Shown: positions 11,501 to 23,500 of the stretch, one piece after another | How the letters are laid out: the number at the start of each line of letters is the position of its first letter | How positions within the stretch are numbered: the first letter of the stretch is position 1 | Assembly: GCF_036365525.1 (NCBI RefSeq) | Contig: NW_027142041.1 | Coordinates: 1,116,001-1,180,000 of the forward strand | Source: Heterodontus francisci | Lineage: Eukaryota | Direction of reading: 5' to 3' | Length of the DNA stretch: 64,000 nucleotides | Position numbers and translations under genes: made by a program | Notes under the pieces: model-generated | What the model was told of the DNA's origin: nothing | The model's database searches: none | The model's input: only the letters and a program-made list of their open reading frames with translations

Positions 11501-14500
11501 GGGGACTGTCAGAGAATACAGCAGAATATAGATAGATTGGAGAGTTGGGCAGAGAAATGGCAGATTGAGTTCAATCAGGGTAAGTGCGAGGTGATGCATT
11601 TTGGAAGATCCAATTCAAGAGTGAACTATACAGTAAATGGAAAAGTCCTGGGGAAAATTGATGTACAGAGAGATTTGGGTGTTCAGGTCCAGTGTTCCCT
11701 GAAGGTGGCAACACAGGTCAATAGAGTGGTCAAGAAGGCATACGGCATGCTTTTCTTCATTGGACGGGGTATTGAGTACAAGAGTTGGCAGGTCATGTTA
11801 CAGTTGTATAAGACTTTACTGAGTTGGATGATCAGCCAAATCATAATGAATGGCAGAGCCGCTCGAAGGGCTGAATGGCCTACTCCTGCTCCTATTTTCT
11901 ATGTTTCTATGTTTCGATAAAGTTGTTGTTTTCCCTTACATTGGTTATTCTTGCGGATTGTCCTGATGAGTGCAAGGTGAAAAGCTTCGACAACATGTCT
12001 CTATTTTCAGCAATACTCAGACAAAAAGTACTAAAAAACACAATGGGACTAAAGATTGACAAGTCCCTCAGACCTGTTAACCTGCATCCTAGGGTCAGAA
12101 GAAGTGGCTGCAGAGATAATGGATGCATTGGTTGTAATCTTCAAAAATTCCCTAAATTCTGGAAAGGTCCCAGCAGGTTAGAAAACTGCAAATATAATAT
12201 TGAAGAAAGCAGGGAGACAGAAAGCAGAAAACTACAGACCAGTTAGCCTAACATCTGTCATTGGGAAAATGCTAGAATCCATTATTAAGGAAGTAGTAGC
12301 AGGAAATTTGGAAAATCAGAATGAAATCAGGTAGAGTCCATCTCTGACACTTCCCTTCCCTTCCTCGACTTCTCTATCTCCATCTCTGGGGTTAGGTTGT
12401 CTACTAATATCTATTATAAGTCCTCTGACTCCCACAGCTACCTCGACTACACTTCTTCACACCCTACCTCCTGTAAGGACTCCATTCCATTCTCCCAGTT
12501 TCTTCGTCTCCGACGCATCTGCTCTGATGATGCTACCTTCCATGACAGCGCTTCTGATATGTCTTCCTTTTTCCTCAACCGAGGATTCCCCCCCACTGTG
12601 GTTGACAGGGCCCTCAAACGTGTCCGGCCCATTTCCCACACCTCTACCCTCACCCCTTCCCCTCCCTCCTAGAACCGCGATAGGATTCCCCTTGTCCTCA
12701 CTTTCCACCCCATCAGCCTCCATATCCAAAGGATCATCCTCTGCCATTTCCGCCTCCTCCAGCATGATGCCACTACCAAATGCATCTTCTCCTCCCTTCC
12801 CCTGTCAGCATTCCGAAGGGATCATTCCTTCCGTGACACCCTGGTCCGCTCCTCCATTACCCCTACCACCTCGTCCCCTTCCCATGGCATCTTCCCCTGC
12901 AATCGCAGGAGGTGTAATACCTGCCCATTTACCTCCTCGCTCCTCACTATCCCAGGCCCCAAACACTCCTTTCAGGTGAAGCAGCGATTTACTTGTACTT
13001 CTTTCAATGTAGTATACTGTATTCGCTGCTCACAGTGTGGTCTCCTCTACACTGGGGAGACAAAACGCAGAGTGGGTGACCACTTTGCAGAACACCTCCA
13101 CTCAGTCCGCAAGCAGGACCCTGAGCTTCCAGTTGCTTGCCATTTCAACGCTCCCCCCTGCTCTCATGCTCACATCTCTGTCCTGGGATTGCTGCAGTGT
13201 TCCAGTGAACATCAACGCAAGCTCGAGGAACAGCATCTCATCTACCGATTAGGCACACTGCAGCCTGCCGGACTGAACATTGAGTTCAATAATTTCAGAG
13301 CATGACAGGCCCCCCATTTTATTTCTATTTTTAGTTATTTTTTTCTTTTTCCTTTTTTTATATATTTTTTGTGTTTATTTTATTTTATTTCATCTTGTTC
13401 AGTTTGCTTGCCCACTTTTTTTTTCATGTTTGTACTTGTGGCTGTTCAGTTTACAGTCCATTAACACCCTCTCTGTACTAATGCTTTGTCTTTCAACACA
13501 CCATTAACATATTGTTTACCTTTGCTCCATGACCTTCTGGTCAGCTATTCTGTGACCTTGTCCTATCTACACCTTCTCCTTTGTTATCTCTTGCCCCACT
13601 CCCGCCTTACTTGCTTATAACCTTTTACATTTCTAATATTTGCCAGCTCTGATGAAGGGTCACTGACCTGAAATATTAACTCTGTTTCTCTCTTCACAGA
13701 TGCTGCCAGACCTGCTGGGTATTTCCAGCATTTCTTGTTTTTATTTCAGGTAGAGTCAACATGGTTTTATGAAAGGGAAATCATGTTTAACAAATTTATT
13801 AGAGTTATTTGAGGATGTAACAAGCAGGGTGGATAAAGGGGGAGACCACAATGTCGTGTATTTGGATTTCCAAAAGGCATTCGATAAGGTGCCACATAGA
13901 AGGTTACTGCTCAAGTGTTTCCAAAGACACTCCAGAGGTTAAGTGAGTGGGCAAAAATTTGGTTGATAGAGTATAATGTGGGAAAATGTGAGGTTATTCA
14001 CTTTGGTAGAAAGAATAGAAGAGCAGAATATTATTTAATTAGGCAAAGTCTGCTGAATGCTGAGGTACAGAGGGACCTTGTACACAAAGAACAAAGAACA
14101 GTACAGCACAGGAACAGGCCATTCGGCCCTCCAAGCCTGCGCCGATCTTGGCCTGTTGGCCGAATCACAAAAAATCAGCATGCAGGTACAGTGAGTAATT
14201 CGGAAGGCAAATGGAATGTTGGCCTTTATTGCAAGGGGGAATGGAATATAAAAACAGGGAAGTCTTGCGACAACTGTCCAGGGCGTTGTGAGACCGGACC
14301 TAGAGTATTGTGTACAGTTTTGATCTCCTTACTTAAGGAGGGATATACTTGCATTGAAGGCAATTCAGAGAAGGTTGACTAGATTGATTCCTGGGATGAA
14401 GGGGTTGTCTTATGAGGAAAGGTTGATCAGGTTGAGTCTATGCTTATTGGAGTTTAGAAGAATGAAAGATGATCTTATTGAAACATATACAATTCTGAGG

Positions 14501-17500
14501 CGGCTTGACGGGTAGATGCTGAGAGGATGTTTCCCCTCGTGGGGGAATCTAGGACTATGAGGCACAGTTTCAGAATAAGGGGTCTTCATTTACGACAGAA
14601 ATGAGGAGGAATTTCTTCTCTGAGGGTGGTTAATCTTTGGAATTCTCTTCCCCAGTGAGCAGTGGAGGCTGGGTCATTGAGTACATTCAAGGCTGAGTTA
14701 GACAGAGTTTTCATCTGCAAGGGAGTCAAGAGTTATGTGGGGTCAGGCAGGAAAGTGGTGTTGAGGCTGCAATCAGATCAGCTGTGATTTTATTAAATGG
14801 CTCAATGGGCCGAATGTCCTATTCCTGCTCCTAATTCTTATGTTTTATGTTTTCAAAATACAATAAATTGATTTTTTCACAGAGTCATATGAAGATGATG
14901 ATTGATGTTCTGTTCCCCTGTTCCACTCTATCGCTCCCTTTCTCTCTGTCCACTTATTGAACACAAAAAACAATAAGTTTCTGATCAGGCTATTCTGCTT
15001 GTTCTGTCTCACACTCACACACTGGCCAGACATTTATGGTCCCCCCTGAAGCCGGGTGAGAGGCGGGGGGCACAGAGAATCGTGACGGGTAGCAGGGGAC
15101 AGACAGCCTGTTGCCAAGCCATCTTCCCGAGGACGGGATAGGCTGACAATGGCCTTCCTGCCCTGAGGCCAATTGAGGCCCTTAAGTGGCCTATTAACAG
15201 CCAATTTAAGGCCTCTTCCCGCCACCGCTAGATCTTGCCAGAGAGGATCTCTTGTAACATGAGGCACACTCCTTGCGGGCTTGGGGGTGGTGGTGGTGTC
15301 TCTCCTGCATGGGCAATCTGGAGCACCCCCGCTGGGAACCACTTCAACCCCCAGGATCCCCTCCCCCCGGACTGCACAACTGCCTCTTCGCCCCCTCACT
15401 AGGGCCTTCCAGACTGGTCCTGGTGATCCCACCTCATTTACCTGAGGTCCGGGTTCCACCACTGGGCCTGGGTCCGAGGCCTCTGCAGTCCCATCAATGG
15501 CCACTGCTCCCGATGGCGTTGCTGACACGACTAAACTGCTGGCCCTCTGATTGGCTGGCAGCTCGGAGCAGAATGGACAGGATTCCCGGCTTGTGAAACT
15601 TTTATTTAAAAAGACTGGAGGATCGCTCCAAGGATGGGGGTTGTGGGGGGGCGGGGGGGGGGGGCGCGAAAAGGCAGAAGCGGGGTTACCCCTGCCTTTT
15701 CAGCTCGGCACCGGGGTCCCCACCTCCAGCACACAATCCAGCAGGTTCACAGTCAGCCTCTCGGAAACATCCCAGTATCTGTTTCCACTAAATAAAGGTT
15801 TTGAAATTGGACAGTTTGATATTTTTCAAACTGTTTCAAACATCAACCACACAGGAAGTGTATAAAGCTGAACTGACATATTTCAACATCTGGATTGGAT
15901 GTTGCCTCTTTACTTTCTGACTTAGTTTCGGGGCCTTCTTGCTTTGCTGCCTGGCCCTCTCAGCACCGTCCATTGGTGGCTCTACATCAGGTGCAGACTC
16001 AGGCCCAGCTTTTAACGGAAGCCTGAATATCCTGGGGCAATATCAAAGAGCAGGGGCTCTGTAGCACCAGGAGCATTCTTCATAGGGCAAGTATAAGATT
16101 GGAACTGAGCTAGCTAGGGGCAGTCCCAGCCGCTGTACCCCCTACCCCCACCCCTTACCATTACCGCCATCAACCCCCCCCACCCCCACCCCCAGAAAGG
16201 ATATTTTGGATTTAGAGGGGACACAGTGCAGATTCACCAGAACGATAGCAGGTTTGTATTCCCTTGCATTTAGAAGGTTGAGGGGGATCTAGTAGAGGTG
16301 TTTACAATGGTGAAAGGATTCAATGGAATAGATACAGAGAACCTATTTCCTCTGGTGGGAGGTTCCAGAACAATGGGGCACAATGTTAAAATAGAGCCCG
16401 GCTGCTCAGGGTTTAAATTAGGAAGCACCTCTTCACACAAAGGAAAAGGCAAGTGTGAAATTCTCCTCTCCCTGAAATCTCTGAATGATTGGGGTCAATT
16501 GAAATTTTCAAGTCTCTCGCCATTTAGAAAATATTCTGATTTTATTGGCTGCATTGCACCACGTTCTGTGTGTTCTGTTGCCCCACATTCAGTGGGCTCT
16601 GTTGCTCCACATTCTGTGGGTTCTGTTGCTCCACATTCTGTGGGTTCTGTTGCTCCACATTCTGTGGGTTCTGTTGCCCCACATTCTGCGGGCTCTGTTG
16701 CTCCACATTCTGTGGGTTCTGTTGCCCCACATTCAGTGTGTTCTGTTGCCCCACATTCTGTGGGTTCTGTTGCCCCACATTCTGCGGGCTCTGTTGCTCC
16801 ACATTCAGTGGGCTCTGTTGCTCCACATTCTGTGGGTTCTGTTGCTCCACATTCTGTGTGTTCTGTTGCTCCACATTCTGTGGGTTCTGTTGCTCCACAT
16901 TCTGTGGGCTCTGTTGCTCCACATTCTGTGGGTTCTGTTGCCCCACATTCTGCGGGCTCTGTTGCTCCACATTCTGTGGGTTCTGTTGCCCCACATTCAG
17001 TGTGTTCTGTTGCCCCACATTCTGTGGGTTCTGTTGCCCCACATTCTGCGGGCTCTGTTGCTCCACATTCTGTGGGTTCTGTTGCCCCACATTCAGTGTG
17101 TTCTGTTGCCCCACATTCTGCGGGCTCTGTTGCTCCACATTCAGTGGGCTCTGTTGCCCCACATTCTGTGGGTTCTGTTGCCCCACATTCAGTGGGCTCT
17201 GTTGCCCCACATTCTGCGGGTTCTGTTGCCCCACATTCAGCGGGCTCTGTTGCCCCACATTCTGCGGGCTCTGTTGCCCCACATTCAGTGGGCTCTGTTG
17301 CCCCACATTCTGCGGGCTCTGTTGCCCCATATTCTGTGGGTTCTGTTGCCCCACATTCTGCGGGCTCTGTTGCCCCACATTCTGCAGGCTCTGTTGCCCC
17401 ACATTCAGTGGGCTCTGTTGCCCCACATTCTGCGGGCTCTGTTGCTCCACATTCTGTGTGTTCTGTTGCTCCACATTCTGTGGGTTCTGTTGCTCCACAT

Positions 17501-20500
17501 TCTGTGGGTTCTGTTGCTCCACATTCTGTGTGTTCTGTTGCTCCACATTCTGTGGGTTCTGTTGCTCCACATTCTGCGGGTTCTGTTGCCCCACATTCTG
17601 CGGGCTCTGTTGCTCCACATTCTGTGGGTTCTGTTGCTCCACATTCTGTGGGTTCTGTTGCCCCACATTCAGTGGGCTCTGTTGCCCCACATTCAGTGGG
17701 CTCTGTTGCCCCACATTCTGTGGGTTCTGTTGTCCCACATTCAGTGGGCTCTGTTGCCCCACATTCTGCGGGTTCTGTTGCCCCACATTCAGTGGGCTCT
17801 GTTGCCCCACATTCTGCGGGCTCTGTTGCCCCACATTCAGTGGGCTCTGTTGCCCCACATTCTGCGGGCTCTGTTGCCCCACATTCTGCGGGTTCTGTTG
17901 CCCCACATTCTGCGGGCTCTGTTGCCCCACATTCTGCAGGCTCTGTTGCCCCACATTCAGTGGGCTCTGTTGCCCCACATTCTGCGGGTTCTGTTGCCCC
18001 ACATTCAGTGGGCTCTGTTGCCCCACATTCTGCGGGTTCTGTTGCCCCACATTCAGTAGGCTCTGTTGCCCCACATTCTGCGGGCTCTGTTGCCCCACAT
18101 TCAGTGGGCTCTGTTGCCCCACATTCTGTGGGTTCTGTTGCCCCACATTCAGTAGGCTCTGTTGCCCCACATTCTGCGGGCTCTGTTGCCCCACATTAAG
18201 TGGGCTCTGTTGCCCCACATTCAGTGGGCTCTGTTGCCCCACATTCTGCGGGCTCTGTTGATTGCAGGCCTGCAGTTATTTGCAATAAATTTCATCTGCA
18301 ATTGTTCTGCCCACTTAAATATTTCGTCAATCTCTTTCTGTTGTTTCTGGGCTGTCTTCTCCAATTCCACTCTCACTCCTCATTTACTGTAATCTGAAGT
18401 GTAATGACTTTTCACTGGGTTTCTGATTAACATGAATTGGAAGCAATGGGTTGTCCAAGCACTAATTCCTGGAGCGCCCCACTCAGTCTTCACTCCCATC
18501 CCCACCGCACAACATTTTCCTAATAAGGAACTAATACAAAATAAAAATACTGCAGATGCTGGAAATCTGAAATTAAAACAGAAAATGCTGGAAATACTCA
18601 GCAGGTCTGGCAGCATCTGTGGAGAGAGAAGCAGAGTTAATTTCATATTGATATCCAAGTTGACCTTTGAACCCCAACAGTGTAACTAGTAGCATTTTGT
18701 GTGAAACGTTGTCTGATGCCTTTTGGAAATGTAATTACCCTCCATCATGGGCTTATTACAGTCCACTTGGGATAACACTTCCTCAAAGAAATCGAGGAGG
18801 TTGATCACACAAGACCATCCCCTTCTGAACCCGTGTTGTTTGTGTTTCCTGTAATTACTGTGTAACCAATATTCTAGTTGAAATCCTGAGCATCAATTCT
18901 TTTATTTTAGGCAGTAGTGTGGTGAGCTGAACCAATGCACTGGGTCAGCATTCCAGACTATTCTCTTAATTCAATACAAACCCATGTTGCCCTGATCATC
19001 TCTTTAAACACTCAGGATATGCTGAAACTGATACTGAATTCTTGATTTTTTTCCCTTAAAGGTGACAGTTTTCCCATTCTGTCTCAGCCGGAAGTGCAGA
19101 ATATCAGTGAGGGCCACACTGCCCAGTTGCAATGCTCTGTCAATAATATCGATTTGAAAAATACCGACTTACACTGGTACCGACGCAGTCTGAGAGGATT
19201 TCAGCGGTTTATAACACACCGCGCTAAGGATATTGTGGAAATGGATGAAAATTTAAGAAACCATTTTCAATCTACCAGAGATGTCTCCAAGAATGAAGTC
19301 ATTCTAACAATCTCAAACATTCTGCTCGAAGATGCAACTGTCTATTACTGTACGGTATGGTCAGACGTGTATGGGAGTGGAACCCAGCTGAATGTAATCA
19401 GTAAGTACATTTTCAAAGTTTGTTCTCAGGATTTGCTGACATGGCCTCATTTATTACCCATCCCTTGTTGTCTTGAGCAGCCGTTGTTGGGCTTTCTCCT
19501 TGAAACAGTGCAGTCCTTGTGCTGAGGATGCCTGCACAATGGACTTGGGTAGGGATTTCAAAATCTCTGCCTCAGTGATGAGAAGGTTCCACACAGGAGA
19601 TTAGTAAACAAAATTAGAGCACATGGGATTGGGGGTAATATACAGGTATGGATTGAGAATTGGTTAATAGACAGAAAGCAGAGAGTAGGAATAAACAGGT
19701 CATTCTCAGGATGGCAGTCTGTGACTAGTGGGGTACCGCAAGGATCAGTGCCGGGTCACAATCTATATCAATGATTTGGATGTGGTGACCAATTGTAATA
19801 TTTCCAACTTTGCTGATGACACAAAACTAGGTGGGAATGTAAGTTGTGAGGAGGATGCAAGGAAGCTTCAAGGGGATTTAGACAGGCTAAGTGAATAGGC
19901 AAAAACATGGCAGCTGGAATATAATTTGAATGAGTGTGAAGTGATCCACTTTGGTAGAAAAAAACAGAAAGGCAGAGTATTTCTTAAATGGTGAGAGATT
20001 GGGAAGTGTTGAGGTCCAAAAGTGTCCTTGTTCATGAGTCACTAAAAGCTGGTATGCAGGTGCAACAAGCAATTAGGAAGGCAAATGGGATGTTGGCCTT
20101 CATTTCAAGGGGATTTGAGTACAGATTTGAAGTCTTGCTGCAATTGTATAGAGCCTTGGTGAGACCGCACCTGGAGTATTGTGTACAGTTTTGATCTCCT
20201 TATCTCAGGAAGGGTATACTTGCCATAGAGAGAGAGTGCAACAGAGGTTCACCAGACTAATCCCTGGAATGGTGGGATTGTTTTATGAGGAGAGATTGAG
20301 GAAACTGGGCCTGTATCCTCTAGAGTTTCGAAGAATGAAAGGTGATCTCATTGAAACTTACAAAATTCTTACAGGGTGTAACAGGGTAGATGTTGTTTCA
20401 GATGTGTATAGGATGTTTCCTCTGGCTGGTGAGTCTAGAACCAGGGGACACAGCCTCAGAATGAGGGGGAGGACATTTAAGAGTGAGATGAGGAGGAATT

Positions 20501-23500
20501 TCTTCACTCAGAGGGTGGTGAATCTGTGGAATTCTCTACCTCAGCGGGCTGTGGAAGCTCAATCATTGAGTATGTTCAAGACAGGAATCAATAGATATCT
20601 GGATACTAATGACATCAAGGGATATGAGGATAATGGGGGAAAATGGCTTCGAGTAGATGATCAACCATGATCTGTTTGAATGTCAGAGCAGGCTCGATGG
20701 GCTGAATGGCCTACTCCTGCTCCGATGTTCCTATATCCTAAAGGATCTATGATATATGTCCAAGTCAGCATGATGTGCAACCTGGAGAAAACCTTGGAGT
20801 TGATAGTATTCCTGTTATAATTCTGGTCGGAATGGTAAAGTCTGCAGAGTTAGAGGTGTTATAGTGCTTCCTATAGATGGTACTTACTGCAGTCACCTTG
20901 TGACAGTGTTGGAGGGGACTGGTATTGACTGCAATGGCTGGGGTACTGATAAAGAAGATGGCTCTGTGTCCACTCTCTCTTTCTCTATCATATGTATTCC
21001 TCTCTAAATTCCTCAGATGTCACACTGACATTTTTAAACAGTCCATGTAATGCAGGTGATAATTAGAGCTTGTTTGCTTCAGAATTGACTTTAAAACGTA
21101 AGAATTAGGAGCAGGAATTGGCCATTCAGCCCCTCAAGCCTCCTCCACCATTCAATAAGGTCATGGCTGATCTGATTGTGGCCTCAACTCCACTTTTCTG
21201 CCTGTTCTCCATAACCCTTGACTCCCTTGTAGCTCAAACCTCTGTCTAAATCAACCTTGAATATATTCAATGACCCAGCCTCCACTGCTCTCGGGGGAAT
21301 TTATGACCCTCTGAGAGAAGAAATTCCTCCTCATCTCCGTCTTAAATGGGAGATCCCTTATTCTAAAACTGTTCTAGATTCCCCCACGATGGGAAGCATC
21401 CTTTCAACATCTACTCTGGAAAGGCCCCTTAGAATCTTATATGCTTCAATAAGATCACCTCTCATTCTTCTAAATTCCAATGAATATCAGCCCAACCTGC
21501 TCAACCTTTCCTCATTAGAAAACCCATTCATCCCAGGAATCAACCTAGTGAACTTTCTCCAAACTGCTTCCAATGCAAGTATATCTCTCCTTAAGTAAGG
21601 AGACCAAAACTGTACACAGTACTCAAAATATGTTCTCATCAATGCCCTGTACAGTTATAGCAAGACTTCCCTACTTTTATACTCCCACTCCTTGCAATAA
21701 AGGCCAACATTCCATTTGCCGTCCTAATTACTCACAGTACCTGCATGTTGATTTTTTTGTGATTCATGTACAAGGTCACCCAGATCCCTCAGGACCACAG
21801 CATTTGTTGTCTGCCTCCATTTAAATAATAGCTTGTTTTCTATTCTTCCTACCAAAGTGGACAACCTCACATTTTGCAACATGATATTCCATCTGCCAAA
21901 TTTTTTCCCATTTACTGAAGCCTTTGCAGACTCTCTTTGTGTCCTCCTCACAACTTGCTTATCTTTGGAACTCAGAGAGAGAGAGACACTGTGAGGTTCT
22001 TGAGCAAATTGTCACAGGGAGTAACAAGGTATTGGAGGTTTTGGAAGGCTTAAGAGTAGACAAATCTCCAGGTCCGGATGATGTGTGTCCCAGGATGCTG
22101 TGGGAGGCGAGGGTGGAGATTGCAGGGGCTCTGACCCTAATTTTTAATTCCTCTCTGGCCACGGGGGAGGTGCCAGAGGACTGGAGAACAGCTAATGTGG
22201 TCCCACTATTTAAGAAAGGTTGTAGAGATAAGCCAGGGAACTACAGACCAGTGAGTCTCACGTCAGTGGTAGGGAAACTATTGGAGAAAATTCTGAAGGA
22301 GAGAATCTATCTCCACTTGGAGAGGCAAAATTTGATTAGGAATAGTCAGCATGGCTTTTTCAGAGGGAGGTCATGCTTAACAAATTTAATTGAATTTTTT
22401 GAGCATGTGACCAGGTGTGTAGATGAGGGTAGTGCAGTTGATGTAGTTTACATGGATTTCAGCAAAGCCTTTGACAAGGCCCCACATGGGAGACTTATCA
22501 AGAAAGCAAGTGCACATGGGATACAAGGTAACTTGATAAGGTGGATTCAAAATTGGCTTAGCTGTAGGAGACAGAGAGTGATGACAGACGGCTGTTTTTT
22601 TGAATGGAAGCCAGTGTCCAGTGGCGTACCACCGGGATCTGTGCTGGGTCCCCTATTGGTAGTCATTTATATAAATGACATAGATGACTATGTGGGGGGT
22701 AGGATCAGTAAGTTCACGGATGACATAAAGATTGGCCGAGTGGTTAACAGTGAGGTTGAGTGTCTTGGGTTACAGGAAGATATAGACGGGATGGTCAAAT
22801 GGGCAGAAAAGTGGCAGATGGAATTTAACCCTGAAAAGTGTGAGGTGATACACTTTGGAAGGAGTAATGTGACACGGAAGTATTCAATGAATGGCCTGAC
22901 ACTGGGAAGTTCCGAGGAACAAAGGGACCTTGGCGTGTTTGTCTATCGATCTCTGAAGGCAGAAGGGCAGGTTAATAGGGTGGTGAAAAAGGCATATGGG
23001 ACACTTGCCTTTATCAATCGAGGCATAGATCACAAAACAGGGAGGTCATGTTGGAGTTGTATAGAACTTTGGTAAGGCCACAGCTGGAGTACTGTGTGCA
23101 ATTCTGGTCGCCACATTATGGGAAGGATGTGATTGCACTGGAGGGGGTGCAGAGGTAATTCACCAGGATGTTGCCTGGGATGGGACATTTAAGCTATGAG
23201 GAGAGGTTGGATAGGCTTGGGTTGTTTTCACTGGAGCAGAGAAGACTAAGGGGTGACCTGATCGAGGTGTTCAAGATAATGAGGGGCATGGACAGGGTGG
23301 ATAGGGAGCAGCTGTTCCCCTTAGTTGAAGGGTCAGTTACGAGGGGTCACAAGTTTAAGGTGAGGGGCAGTAGGTTTAAGGGGGATTTGAGGAAGAACTT
23401 TTTTACCCAGAGGGTGGTGACTGTCTGGAATGCCCTGCCTGGGAGGGTGGTAGAGGCAGGTTGCCTCACATCCTTTAATAAGTACCTGGATGAGCACTTG

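Noticed and set aside
9610-11535. 641-aa ORF fusing His/Cys repeats to a reverse transcriptase
   Set aside because: A stop-free 33-bp minisatellite happens to be in frame with a 5'-truncated, frameshifted CR1. There is no real start context.
16298-18261. Long repetitive ORFs (SVAPHSVG, Cys-rich keratin-associated-like, QQNPQN)
   Set aside because: These are translations of a 24-bp tandem repeat that is open in several frames on both strands.
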